A stretch of 64,000 bases of DNA, taken from positions 13,374 through 77,373 of the forward strand of contig CAVBYE010000011.1 in assembly GCA_963599285.1 (NCBI GenBank), in the 5' to 3' direction. Origin of the DNA: Bacteroidaceae bacterium. GTDB lineage: Bacteria > Pseudomonadota > Gammaproteobacteria > Pseudomonadales > Moraxellaceae. The position numbers and the translations under genes were made by a program. The stretch's first letter is position 1. Each line of letters starts with the position of its first letter. Below the pieces are notes generated by a model. That model did no database searches and had not been told where the DNA came from. It saw only the letters and a list, made by a program, of their open reading frames with translations. Shown one piece after another: positions 10,794 to 20,424 of this stretch.

Positions 10794-11330
10794 ATGAGCT
10801 ACAGCAACATCCCAGCGGGTAAAGACGCACCAAACGATATCTACGTAATTATTGAAATTCCTGCAAACGCAGCACCAATTAAATACGAAATCGACAAAGA
10901 TTCTGATGCATTATTCGTAGACCGTTTCATGGGTACAGCAATGTTCTACCCAGCGAACTATGGTTATGTACCAAACACGTTATCACTTGATGGTGACCCA
11001 TTAGACGTGTTAGTTGTGACTCCACACCCAGTTGAACCAGGTTCTGTGATTCGTTGCCGTCCTGTAGGTAAATTGAACATGGAAGATGACGGTGGTGTTG
11101 ACGCGAAACTTGTTGCTGTTCCACACGACAAATTAACACCGATCTACAAAGACGTTCAAGAATACACAGACCTTCCTGAATTGTTAATCAAACAAATCGA
11201 ACACTTCTTCGCGCACTATAAAGACCTAGAAGCAGGTAAGTGGGTGAAATTAAGCGGTTGGGAAGGTGCGGATGTTGCAAAACAAGAAGTACTGAGCTCA
11301 ATTGCAGCTTACGAAGAAGCAAATAAATAA
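10794..11330 (+). CDS. ppa: Inorganic pyrophosphatase
   Basis: The sequence is a family I PPase ([29 protein letters not shown]) of 178 aa. Confidence 0.95.
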   Translation: MSYSNIPAGKDAPNDIYVIIEIPANAAPIKYEIDKDSDALFVDRFMGTAMFYPANYGYVPNTLSLDGDPLDVLVVTPHPVEPGSVIRCRPVGKLNMEDDGGVDAKLVAVPHDKLTPIYKDVQEYTDLPELLIKQIEHFFAHYKDLEAGKWVKLSGWEGADVAKQEVLSSIAAYEEANK

Positions 11331-11367
11331 TTGCCGATTCTTATTTTAAGTAATCAATACTTAAAAT

Positions 11368-11397
11368 AAAAAACCTGCACACTGTGCAGGTTTTTTT
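11368..11397. terminator. Bidirectional rho-independent terminator
   Basis: The stem CCTGCAC/GTGCAGG is flanked by an A-run and T7. Confidence 0.8.
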
Positions 11398-11418
11398 ATG
11401 GCTAAATAACTGTAAAAA

Positions 11419-12681
11419 TTAGAATAATTTCACAGGAATATCTAACCAAATACGCCATTCATTGGTGTCACCAATGTAGGCATCACGGTAAGCATCATTG
11501 GCACGTAAGTATGAATGACGTAAGCGTAGGCTGGTGTCTTTCATAGCGCCATTTTGTACGGTGTATTTGACTTGGTTAAAGAATTCACGCTCTTGACCTT
11601 CTTTGTCTTGACCACGAACATCAATATTCCAACCATAAACGAAAGCGCTGGTCCAATTTAGGCCCGGTACGCCGTGATTTTTGAAGTTATAGTTGTACTG
11701 TAAGCCCAATGATTTTTCGTCATTGCCGACAAAGTCAGACAAGTATGAGTTCGGTAGGTAAATACTTTGCACACCGTCAGCATTCTCACCATAGTCATAA
11801 CCGACATTACCTGAGTTTTGTTGGTATGCTAACGACACATTATGGACGTCTTTGCTATAACCTGTTGAGATGGCCCAAATCGAGTTTTGACGATTAGCAA
11901 GATCATCTGTGGTGTGCGAATAGGTCGAAGCACCTTCTTCAAAATCAGTATGATAACCACTGAAATCTAAGCTTAATGCAGCATCGTTATTTAAAGCATG
12001 GCTATAATTTACATTGGCATAATGACGCTCTAATTTATCTTTAACGTCTGTACCCCAGTACGATGCATTTAGGTCATCATTAAACTTATATTTTGCGCCC
12101 CACACTACAGCACGGTCGAGTTTATTACCGTCTGAGTTAATTTGGTCTGAATATTGGTTCTTAGTGAATTTACCCGCAGTTAATTCAAGGTTGTCAATTT
12201 CATTACTCGTCACCAACACACCTTCAAAGTATTCAGGGACTAGACGTGCAGTGTTTGACGCCAACACAGGAATATCCAGAATTTGTGTACCATACACGGC
12301 TGTGGTATTTGAAACACGTGCTTTGACATAGGCACCACCACGCGCCCAATGGTCATAAGCAGATCCATCGTTGTGCTTTGGAATCATGCCATTGCCCGCA
12401 TTTTTGTTTTCGCCCAACTTCACAGAGGCATCGCCAATAATACCCGCACCAAAACCAACAACACCTTGGGTAAAGCCAGAATCAAGTTTCACCATTGCTG
12501 TTTGAGCAGTTGAACTTGTATCTGTTGCACCTTCTTTTTTATCACGATTTAAGAAACCAGTACGGAACACTACCGAGCCTTCAGCCCCATCGACAAAGCC
12601 TTGAGCTTCGCTTTGTTCACTTGCGTATACAGATGTGATGAGTGCAGCTTGGATTAAAACTGCCAAGGTAAGTTTTTGCAT
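11419..12681 (-). CDS. OprD-family outer membrane porin
   Basis: A signal peptide ends in ...VYASE. The N-terminus FVDGAEGSVVFRTGFLNRD and the C-terminal WRIWLDIPVKLF are typical of OprD/Occ porins. Confidence 0.85.
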   Translation of the reverse strand: MQKLTLAVLIQAALITSVYASEQSEAQGFVDGAEGSVVFRTGFLNRDKKEGATDTSSTAQTAMVKLDSGFTQGVVGFGAGIIGDASVKLGENKNAGNGMIPKHNDGSAYDHWARGGAYVKARVSNTTAVYGTQILDIPVLASNTARLVPEYFEGVLVTSNEIDNLELTAGKFTKNQYSDQINSDGNKLDRAVVWGAKYKFNDDLNASYWGTDVKDKLERHYANVNYSHALNNDAALSLDFSGYHTDFEEGASTYSHTTDDLANRQNSIWAISTGYSKDVHNVSLAYQQNSGNVGYDYGENADGVQSIYLPNSYLSDFVGNDEKSLGLQYNYNFKNHGVPGLNWTSAFVYGWNIDVRGQDKEGQEREFFNQVKYTVQNGAMKDTSLRLRHSYLRANDAYRDAYIGDTNEWRIWLDIPVKLF

Positions 12682-12976
12682 TGGGAGAGAGCCTCATACA
12701 AACAAAATTAGCGGGAAGGTAAATTATGGTTTTGATTAAGCTGTAAACATTTTACAGTTGATAACAAACAAAATACCATTTTTGTTACTTTGATTTCATT
12801 AAAAGTACACAATCATCAGCCTAGAATCGATGTTTTTTTTAGAATCTAGCGTCTATTATTTATAATGTTTTTTAAAAACAATTATCTAGATAAAAAATAA
12901 TTTTGCTTTGCTGCTTTTTTTTTCATCAAATGGTCAATAAAATCCCATCCTAAATTTATTTTGAAAAATAACCGAC

Positions 12977-13735
12977 ATGCATAAATATTCCGTTTTATCG
13001 TACTTAAATGCCAGCCTCGTGAGCATGGTGGGCTTAATGGCAGGCGGCATCACAACCGCTCAAGCTGAAGTGAGTGCTCATGTGGGGCTGCTGTCGAGCT
13101 ATGTCTATCGCGGTGCAGAAGAGAATGATGGACTGACCATTCAGGCTGGCGTGGAGTATGAACATGCAAGTGGCGCGTATCTGGGTTATTGGGGCTCAAG
13201 CTTGGGCTATTCACCGCGTCACGAATACAAAGACCATGACATCGAGCATGATTTCTTTGTGGGCTATCGTGGTGCGTTGAGTCCAAAGTGGCAATATGAC
13301 ACTCAAGTGGTAAGTTATGTCTATCAACATGGGGGCAGTGTGCGCGATGATGCGGATAAACGTCATACCACGGCGCTTGAATGGCTCACCCATGTCAATT
13401 ATCAAGATCTCAGCTTAGGTGTAGGGGTGATGTTGAAAGACGCCAGCTGGGCCAATGCCGGTGATGTTTATCTTAGCGCAGGCTATGACTATGCTTTACC
13501 TCAAGATTTTCTACTGAGTACTAGTGTTGGTGTGTCGTTGTATAACGGCAACAACGATGACCCTTTGCTTACAACTAAGAAGGATGTCGTACTAAGTGAG
13601 GTAAGGGTTGGGGTAAGTCGAGCCATCTTTGACAGCAATTTTGAAGGATCGGTGGAATACGTTTGGGGCGGTAAAGATCGTGCTGCAGAAGATCTTGATC
13701 AACAGGCCATCGTTGGACTCAGTTATCACTTCTAG
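12977..13735 (+). CDS. TorF-family putative outer membrane porin (TIGR02001-like)
   Basis: The protein has a signal peptide, an early SSYVYRG motif, an alternating beta-strand pattern and a C-terminal aromatic residue (SYHF). Confidence 0.7.
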   Translation: MHKYSVLSYLNASLVSMVGLMAGGITTAQAEVSAHVGLLSSYVYRGAEENDGLTIQAGVEYEHASGAYLGYWGSSLGYSPRHEYKDHDIEHDFFVGYRGALSPKWQYDTQVVSYVYQHGGSVRDDADKRHTTALEWLTHVNYQDLSLGVGVMLKDASWANAGDVYLSAGYDYALPQDFLLSTSVGVSLYNGNNDDPLLTTKKDVVLSEVRVGVSRAIFDSNFEGSVEYVWGGKDRAAEDLDQQAIVGLSYHF

Positions 13736-13866
13736 ACTCAAATACAGCGCTAAGGGTATGGCCTTGCACCTCATGTCATCATGTTGCAGCAGATTTGCCT
13801 GAAATTTGCTTAAACATGAGGCACAGCTAGGTTGTGGTGCTGAGGCCCTTCCTCATTTTAGTGCGT

Positions 13867-13886
13867 CATTCATTGTTTAATGAATG
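13867..13886. promoter_or_regulatory. Perfect 8-bp inverted repeat CATTCATT-gttt-AATGAATG, a candidate upstream activator or operator site
   Basis: Read directly from the sequence. It lies about 100 bp upstream of the sigma-54-like promoter at 13988, separated from it by an AT-rich stretch. Confidence 0.4.
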
Positions 13887-13987
13887 TCAGCATTGAATGA
13901 GATCTATTTTTAAAAAAATTAATTTAAACAATGCCTTAATCATATTAAATTGTTTTTTGGTCTGTGTTAAAGCGCGAGTGCTGAAGT

Positions 13988-14003
13988 TGGCATATTGCTT
14001 GCT
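13988..14003 (+). promoter_or_regulatory. Sigma-54 (-24/-12) type promoter upstream of the second TorF-family gene
   Basis: TGGCAT-attgc-TTGCT compares with the consensus TGGCAC-N5-TTGCW. The GG and GC dinucleotides are spaced exactly as in the consensus. The site is 65 nt upstream of ATG 14069. Confidence 0.5.
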
Positions 14004-14068
14004 ATTTTCATTGTCAACAAAAAGAGTGACTTCGCTACCGCTGTGTGGCCAGCAAAAAAGGAAAAACA

Positions 14069-14827
14069 ATGAAATTAGCTTATAAGGCATTGGCTGTTGC
14101 TGCTGCGGCAACCCTCTCAAGTCTGACGTTTGCAGACACAACTGAAAATCCATGGGGTTTGTCCTTTAGCGGTACAGCGGCGATGACCTCGGATTATCGC
14201 TTCCGTGGGGTGACTCAAGCGCAAAATGATCCTGCGGTTCAAGTGGGCTTTACCGCTAGCCATGACTCAGGGCTGTATGCAGGGGTATGGGGCTCAAACA
14301 TTGATTTTGGTTCAGCCGCACATTTAGAAATTGGGCCATATCTTGGCTTTGCCACAGAACTTGAGAATTTTGCCGGCAAACCGGTGTTGGATGTTGGGGC
14401 ATGGTATTTCATTTATCCAAGTGAAAGTGATCTGAATTGGTTAGAACTTTATAGCAAGCTGACTTTTAATAATGTATTCATGCCGGATGCGAGTCTTGCT
14501 GCAGGTGTTAACTACAGTAATGATTTTATTGGGGACAATACCGATGCATGGTACTTCAATTTAAGCTATGCGGTGCCTTTTGCAGGGACGCAGTTTGGTG
14601 CAGTAGCGGGTCTAGGCTATACCCTTGCCGATAAAGACTACTTTGGCGATGACGATAAATATTTGGATTGGAAAGTTGGGGTGACCTACTCATTTGCCTC
14701 AGTTGAAGGGTTATCTGCGGAATTGGCTGCAGTTGGTTCAGACATTGACTATGGATCGGGTACACCAAGCTCAGTGGAGCGTGGCGTAGAAACAGGTGCG
14801 GTCTTTACCTTAACCAAAGCTTTCTAA
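14069..14827 (+). CDS. TorF-family putative outer membrane porin (paralog of 12977..13735)
   Basis: The signal peptide is MKLAYKALAVAAAATLSSLTFA. The protein has the DYRFRGVTQ motif, a C-terminal F and a beta-barrel-like pattern. AAGGA lies upstream of ATG 14069. Confidence 0.7.
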   Translation: MKLAYKALAVAAAATLSSLTFADTTENPWGLSFSGTAAMTSDYRFRGVTQAQNDPAVQVGFTASHDSGLYAGVWGSNIDFGSAAHLEIGPYLGFATELENFAGKPVLDVGAWYFIYPSESDLNWLELYSKLTFNNVFMPDASLAAGVNYSNDFIGDNTDAWYFNLSYAVPFAGTQFGAVAGLGYTLADKDYFGDDDKYLDWKVGVTYSFASVEGLSAELAAVGSDIDYGSGTPSSVERGVETGAVFTLTKAF

Positions 14828-14841
14828 AGCAATTCACAGCC

Positions 14842-14872
14842 AAAAAGCGCCGCAATCAGACGGCGCTTTTTT
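14842..14872. terminator. Bidirectional rho-independent terminator
   Basis: The stem GCGCCG/CGGCGC is flanked by A5 and T6. It overlaps the comM stop codon. Confidence 0.75.
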
Positions 14873-16358
14873 AATGCTGTTGTTGCCGATAAGACAAGGC
14901 TTCACTTAAGTGAGTACTTTGAATCAACTCACTTTGTGCTAAATCAGCAATGGTTCGTGCCACGCGTAATACCCGATGATAGGCACGTGCGGATAAATTC
15001 AGGCGTTGTTGCGCCATGCTCAAAATCTGCAGCGCTTTAGGATCAAGTACAGCATGCTGCTCAAGTGCTTGCGGGGAGAGTGTTGCATTTGGCTGTTGTT
15101 GACGTTGGATTTGTCGGCTATAGGCGTCGATCACGCGTTGGCGTACGACTGCTGAGGATTCACTCGCTTGAGTACTCTGTAAATCTTGGATCGGCAATGC
15201 AGGCACATCAACATGTAAATCTATACGATCTAATAACGGGCCGGATAAGCGATTTTGATAGCGCTTAATGGCTTCAGCAGAACATTGGCAACGTTGCTGC
15301 TGATGAAAAGCATAGCCACACGGACATGGATTCATTGCAGCAATTAATTGAAAATGTGCAGGAAAGGTCATTTGCCGAGAAGCACGAGAAATCACGATCT
15401 GTTTTGATTCTAAGGGTTGGCGCAGGACTTCTAAGACCTTGCGATCAAATTCTGGGAGTTCATCTAAAAACAATACACCTAGATGTGCCAAGGTAATTTC
15501 CCCAGGTTTTGGCTGCGAGCCACCCCCCACTAAGGCAATGGCAGAAGCTGTATGGTGCGGTGCACGAAAGGGGCGTTGCCCGAAGGGATGAGGAATGTTG
15601 GCCACCGAATAGATACTGGCAACCTGTAAATTTTCTTCTACGCTTAAAGGTGGCAAGATGCTTGGCAGACGTGAGGCCAATAGGGTTTTACCTGTGCCCG
15701 GTGGCCCTTGCAGCAGTAAAGAATGTCCACCGGCGGCGGCAATTTCAAGGGCACGCCGTGGTCGCAATTGACCTTTCACATCGGCAAGGTCAAGGCTGTA
15801 TTCACTGAGGTATTCAGTCTGCTGAGCTTGATACAGCGGCAGGGGATGTGCGCGTGTGATATGCGCGCAGACCTGTTGTAAAGTATTGGCTGCATACACT
15901 TCAACATGAGGCAGTTGTGCGGCATGTTGTGCATTTTCAGTGGGCACAATAAGTTGATGCTGCTGTTGTTGACAGGCGATGGCGCTGCTGAGTATGCCAG
16001 TCGTCGGACGCAGTTGCCCATCTAAAGCCAACTCGCCAATAAACTCAAGTGCGCTGATTTGGGCTTCAGGCAGTTGTCCCGAAGCCATTAAAATTCCCAC
16101 CGCAATCGCTAAATCTAAACGTGCACCATCTTTGGGAAGGTCTGCTGGGGCTAAATTAATGGTGAGACGCTTGGTTGGGAATGTAAAGCCACTGTTAATA
16201 ATGGCTGAACGAACCCGATCTTTACTCTCTCGTACTGCCGCTTCGGCAAGCCCCACCATGGTGATCGAGGGAAGACCTTGGCTGATATGAACTTCGACTT
16301 CAATTAATGGGGCATGTAATCCCAGTAAACCTCGGGTATAGACTTTGGCAAAAGACAT
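14871..16358 (-). CDS. comM: YifB/ComM family Mg-chelatase-like AAA+ ATPase, intact
   Basis: The 495-aa protein has a Lon-protease-like N-terminus, a Walker A motif GPPGTGKT, and the C-terminal ARAYHRVLRVARTIADL. Confidence 0.9.
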   Translation of the reverse strand: MSFAKVYTRGLLGLHAPLIEVEVHISQGLPSITMVGLAEAAVRESKDRVRSAIINSGFTFPTKRLTINLAPADLPKDGARLDLAIAVGILMASGQLPEAQISALEFIGELALDGQLRPTTGILSSAIACQQQQHQLIVPTENAQHAAQLPHVEVYAANTLQQVCAHITRAHPLPLYQAQQTEYLSEYSLDLADVKGQLRPRRALEIAAAGGHSLLLQGPPGTGKTLLASRLPSILPPLSVEENLQVASIYSVANIPHPFGQRPFRAPHHTASAIALVGGGSQPKPGEITLAHLGVLFLDELPEFDRKVLEVLRQPLESKQIVISRASRQMTFPAHFQLIAAMNPCPCGYAFHQQQRCQCSAEAIKRYQNRLSGPLLDRIDLHVDVPALPIQDLQSTQASESSAVVRQRVIDAYSRQIQRQQQPNATLSPQALEQHAVLDPKALQILSMAQQRLNLSARAYHRVLRVARTIADLAQSELIQSTHLSEALSYRQQQH

Positions 16359-16424
16359 TCAGGATGCTCCTATTTGGTGCTTTCCTAAGGGGGATCAATG
16401 CCCTATTGTTGCACTGGCTTGGTG

Positions 16425-16661
16425 CTATTTTTGCTGCAACTGTTGCTGAAGCTGTTCAATTTGTTGCATCAATTGATCTAGCCGTGCATTGGCTAGCTTC
16501 AAGGCAGTACGTTGGCGTTCAATTTCTTCTTGTGACACCAAATCCATATGGCTGACCGCTTCATTAAGTAAAGCACGTAAGTTATGTTCAAGATCTTTTT
16601 TAGGTTGATCAACCTGTTCTAAAATGGCTTGAAGTAGAGTTTCAATCATGGCAAAGCCCAT
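16425..16661 (-). CDS. ubiK: Ubiquinone biosynthesis accessory factor UbiK (YqiC/BMFP family)
   Basis: The segment MDLVSQEEIERQ aligns with E. coli UbiK LDLVSREEFDVQ. The C-terminus is a coiled coil. The start is uncertain, at either 16661 or 16649. Confidence 0.65.
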   Translation of the reverse strand: MGFAMIETLLQAILEQVDQPKKDLEHNLRALLNEAVSHMDLVSQEEIERQRTALKLANARLDQLMQQIEQLQQQLQQK

Positions 16662-16866
16662 GTAATAACGGAGTTTGCTCAGTTTAGCATTGCTGAAAGC
16701 ACGGCCATAGCATGTTGATAAAATATGCAGTGCTGCCGTCATCATATTATCGATTTTAGTCTAAATATGTATATTTTTTAAAATTCTCACTACATGCGAA
16801 AGCGTAAAATAATGTATAAATAAAGCCTGTGACCAAGTGCGCTAACTCCCCCCAACCTTAGGGCCT

Positions 16867-16881
16867 TGGCACGGAAATTGA
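16867..16881 (+). promoter_or_regulatory. Sigma-54-like promoter upstream of glnK-amtB
   Basis: TGGCAC-ggaaa-TTGA lies 43 nt upstream of the glnK ATG. The -24 element is perfect. The -12 element has A in place of the conserved C. Confidence 0.45.
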
Positions 16882-16887
16882 ACATAA

Positions 16888-17262
<375 letters not shown>

Positions 17263-17324
17263 GCGCTTGGCATGAAGTTTGCTCTTTAGGGCATAACGGA
17301 TAAAAACATGGTTGGGGGAAACGA

Positions 17325-18722
17325 ATGAAGAACACGCTCCTTGCGTTTGGTTTGGCCAGCGCGCTATTGGGTGGATCTGCGACTTGGGCCGAAGAAGCCA
17401 GCGTAGCAACACCGACTCAAGAGGTCACTGTCGTGACCACTCAAACTGTACTTGATCCAAGTGCAGACACGTTTTCAGACACACAGCTAAATGATGTGGT
17501 TTTAGCCACAGAACCTGAGCCAGTTTTGGATACAGGGGATACAGCGTGGGTGTTAATTTCAACAGCGTTAGTGTTGTTAATGACCATTCCGGGTTTAGCG
17601 CTCTTCTATGCGGGTATGGTACGTAAGAAAAACGTCTTGAGCACCATGGCACACAGTTTTGTAGCTGCAGCAGTGGTGAGTATCACTTGGGTTGCGATTG
17701 GCTATTCTCTAGCGTTTGGTGAGGGAAATGCTTTTATTGGGAATCTTGACAAAATCATGTTGGCTGGTGTGACCACAGAGGCACTCAGCGGCAGTATCCC
17801 TGAGATTTTGTTTGTAATTTTCCAAATGACTTTTGCCATTATTACTGTGGCCATTATTAGCGGTTCGATTGCAGAACGTATGAAGTTTGGTGCCTTTGTG
17901 GCCTTTATCGCGATTTGGTCGATTGTGGTATATGCACCTATTACCCACTGGGTCTGGGGCGGTGGCTGGTTAGGCAATGATGGGGCCTTGGATTTTGCTG
18001 GTGGTACCGTCGTGCATATTAACTCGGGTGTAGCCGGTCTTATTGCAGCATACATGTTGGGCAAACGTATGGGCTTGGGTCGTGAATCCATGGCACCGCA
18101 TAATTTGACCCTGACTGTGATTGGCGCAAGTTTACTGTGGGTCGGTTGGTTTGGTTTCAACGGCGGATCAGCATTAGGTGCCAATGGTTCAGCAGGCTAT
18201 GCTTTGGTGGTGACACAAGTGGCAGCAGCAGCAGCGGCATTATCATGGTTGCTTACAGAAAAACTCGTCCGTGGTAAAGCATCGGTATTGGGTGCAGCAT
18301 CAGGTGCAATTGCAGGTTTGGTGGTGATTACCCCAGCGGCAGGTTTTGTTACTGTAGGTGGTGCCTTAGTGATGGGCTTAATTGGTGGTGTGGTTTGTTT
18401 CTGGGGAATTACCGCGTTAAAACGTATGCTCAAAGCCGACGACTCACTCGATGCCTTTGGTCTACATGGTGTAGGCGGTATTGTCGGAGCAGTGCTCACA
18501 GCTTTCTTTGCCAGTGAATTCATTATGGGTGATGCGGCACCAACGAGTCTAGTCAGCCAATTGTGGGTACAAGTGGAAGGCATCTTTGCAACAGTCGCTT
18601 ACTCAGCAGTATTGACCTTTGTGATCTTAAAAGTTCTTGATCTCACCATGGGTATTCGTGTTGATTCAGATGATGAACGTATGGGTCTCGATTTAAGTCA
18701 ACATGGCGAACGTGTCGATTAA
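17325..18722 (+). CDS. amtB: Ammonium transporter
   Basis: The protein has an Amt signature (DFAGGTVVHINSGVAGL, LDAFGLHGVGGIVG) and a signal peptide. Confidence 0.95.
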   Translation: MKNTLLAFGLASALLGGSATWAEEASVATPTQEVTVVTTQTVLDPSADTFSDTQLNDVVLATEPEPVLDTGDTAWVLISTALVLLMTIPGLALFYAGMVRKKNVLSTMAHSFVAAAVVSITWVAIGYSLAFGEGNAFIGNLDKIMLAGVTTEALSGSIPEILFVIFQMTFAIITVAIISGSIAERMKFGAFVAFIAIWSIVVYAPITHWVWGGGWLGNDGALDFAGGTVVHINSGVAGLIAAYMLGKRMGLGRESMAPHNLTLTVIGASLLWVGWFGFNGGSALGANGSAGYALVVTQVAAAAAALSWLLTEKLVRGKASVLGAASGAIAGLVVITPAAGFVTVGGALVMGLIGGVVCFWGITALKRMLKADDSLDAFGLHGVGGIVGAVLTAFFASEFIMGDAAPTSLVSQLWVQVEGIFATVAYSAVLTFVILKVLDLTMGIRVDSDDERMGLDLSQHGERVD

Positions 18723-18758
18723 GATCTAAATTTTCAAGATTCTATATATAGTATCAAA

Positions 18759-18782
18759 CAGCCCATATGGGCTGTTTTTTTT
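18759..18782 (+). terminator. Rho-independent terminator
   Basis: The stem CAGCCC-atat-GGGCTG is followed by T8. Confidence 0.8.
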
Positions 18783-18862
18783 CTATATCTAGCGTAAAAC
18801 TCTACAAAGCAGCGTTTTTTTGCTAAACTCTGCCCTCAACTCCATACCTCAATTTAACCACT

Positions 18863-19327
18863 ATGCATTGTCCATTTTGCAACGCCGCTGATAGTAAGGT
18901 GATCGATTCGCGTTTGGCCGCAGAAGGCTGTCAGATTCGACGTCGTCGTGAGTGTTTAAGTTGCGGAGAACGCTTTACCACCTTTGAGAGTTACGAAGTG
19001 GTGATGCCGCGGGTCATTAAATCAGATGGTAAAAATGAGCCTTTTGATGAAGCAAAATTGCGTCGTTCATTAATGCATGCCTTACAAAAAAGACCTGTGA
19101 CCCAAGAACAAATAGAAAGCGTACTCAGTGATATTCAGCTCCAAATTCGTCGCTTAGGTGAGCGTGATGTTAAATCAATGAAAATTGGCGAAATCGTGAT
19201 GCAGGCTTTATTCGCACTCGATCATGTGGCTTATGTGCGTTTTGCCTCGGTTTATCAAGATTTCCAAGATGTTGAAGCATTTCGTCGTCAGATTGAACAA
19301 ATGCAGCAACGCGACCAAGACATTTAA
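18863..19327 (+). CDS. nrdR: Transcriptional repressor NrdR
   Basis: The protein has the zinc ribbon MHCPFC...[10 protein letters not shown] and an ATP-cone. Confidence 0.95.
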   Translation: MHCPFCNAADSKVIDSRLAAEGCQIRRRRECLSCGERFTTFESYEVVMPRVIKSDGKNEPFDEAKLRRSLMHALQKRPVTQEQIESVLSDIQLQIRRLGERDVKSMKIGEIVMQALFALDHVAYVRFASVYQDFQDVEAFRRQIEQMQQRDQDI

Positions 19328-19338
19328 AGAGTAGCGCC

Positions 19339-20424
19339 ATGTCAGCACTTTCCCAAGACCAATACTGGATGCAGCGTGCGATCGAATTGGCGCGCCTCGG
19401 GCAGTATTCCACCAAACCCAATCCGAATGTGGGCTGTGTGATTGTTCAGGGTGAACAATTGGTGGGTGAGGGGTTTCATCCACGTGCAGGGCAACCGCAT
19501 GCTGAAGTTTTTGCCTTACGTGCAGCAGCTGCACAGGCACAAGGTGCAACCGCTTATGTGACTTTAGAGCCGTGTGCACATTATGGGCGTACGCCGCCAT
19601 GTGCGAAAGGTCTGGTAGAAGCGGGTGTATCGCGAGTTGTAGTGGCGTGTCCAGATCCAAACCCTTTAGTGGCAGGTAAGGGCGTTAAAATCTTACAAGA
19701 TGCAGGCATTAGGGTAGATGTTGGAATCTGTGAAGCACAAGCACACCAGCTGAATCTAGGCTTTTTAAAGGCGATGGCAACCGGCATGCCCTATGTGCGC
19801 TTAAAAATCGCCTCAAGCTTAGATGGACGTACTGCCATGGCCTCAGGCGAGTCGAAGTGGATTACGGGGCCTGAGGCACGTTTAGATGTACAGCATTGGC
19901 GGGCAATTTCAGCTGCGGTGATCACGGGCATTGAGACGGTATTGGCAGATGATTGCCAACTGAATGTACGTGAATTGGCCCAAGGTGATATCTCACAGGT
20001 GGTACAACCCAAACGAGTGATTTTGGATCGCCAAGGCCGTTTGCCATTAAATGCCAAAATTTTACAGTCGCCTGAAACGGTCATGGTCATGGGGCCTTTT
20101 CGCCAAGCACTTGCTGATTTAGGGGTGATTCAATTTGACGTTCAGCCTTTGCCTGCGTTATTGGCCCATCTAAAGCAGCATCATCAAATTTACGATATTT
20201 TGGTTGAAGCCGGTGCGACTTTAGCAACAGCATTTTTACGTGAACAGCTCGTAGACGAATTGATCAGCTATGTGGCACCAACGCTGCTTGGGCAGTCTGC
20301 ACGTGCTATGTTTAATGCCGAATTTAGCCATATGGCACAGCAACAACGTTTTAAACTGCATGCAGTGACCCAGTTGGGCAATGATGTGCGTTTAATACTT
20401 CTTCCTATGCAAGAGACAGTATGA
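19339..20424 (+). CDS. ribD: Bifunctional diaminohydroxyphosphoribosylaminopyrimidine deaminase / 5-amino-6-(5-phosphoribosylamino)uracil reductase
   Basis: The deaminase motifs HAEV and TLEPCAHYGRTPPC are present, with a C-terminal reductase domain. The gene follows nrdR, as in many gammaproteobacteria. Confidence 0.95.
   Translation: MSALSQDQYWMQRAIELARLGQYSTKPNPNVGCVIVQGEQLVGEGFHPRAGQPHAEVFALRAAAAQAQGATAYVTLEPCAHYGRTPPCAKGLVEAGVSRVVVACPDPNPLVAGKGVKILQDAGIRVDVGICEAQAHQLNLGFLKAMATGMPYVRLKIASSLDGRTAMASGESKWITGPEARLDVQHWRAISAAVITGIETVLADDCQLNVRELAQGDISQVVQPKRVILDRQGRLPLNAKILQSPETVMVMGPFRQALADLGVIQFDVQPLPALLAHLKQHHQIYDILVEAGATLATAFLREQLVDELISYVAPTLLGQSARAMFNAEFSHMAQQQRFKLHAVTQLGNDVRLILLPMQETV

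Noticed and set aside
12726-12741. GG-N10-GC match (TGGTTT-tgatt-AAGCT) as a sigma-54 promoter for the first TorF gene
   Set aside because: Only the GG/GC dinucleotides match and the flanking consensus bases do not. It also lies about 250 nt from the start codon. The evidence is too weak.
13887-14153. Small ORFs (88 aa on the minus strand, 62 aa on the plus strand) in the spacer upstream of the second TorF gene
   Set aside because: They are AT-rich, low-complexity translations that overlap the predicted sigma-54 promoter and the start of the TorF gene. No SD was found. The region is better explained as regulatory DNA.
14871-16358. Possible resistance island (AbaR-type) insertion in comM
   Set aside because: comM reads as one uninterrupted 495-aa ORF with all expected domains. 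No transposase genes or target duplication were seen. The hotspot is unoccupied.
17702-18184. 160-aa minus-strand ORF
   Set aside because: It lies entirely antisense within amtB, has low-complexity Pro/Ala-rich composition and no SD. It is a shadow ORF of a GC-skewed coding region.
19208-19660. 150-aa minus-strand ORF
   Set aside because: It is antisense across the nrdR/ribD junction. Both sense genes are strongly supported.
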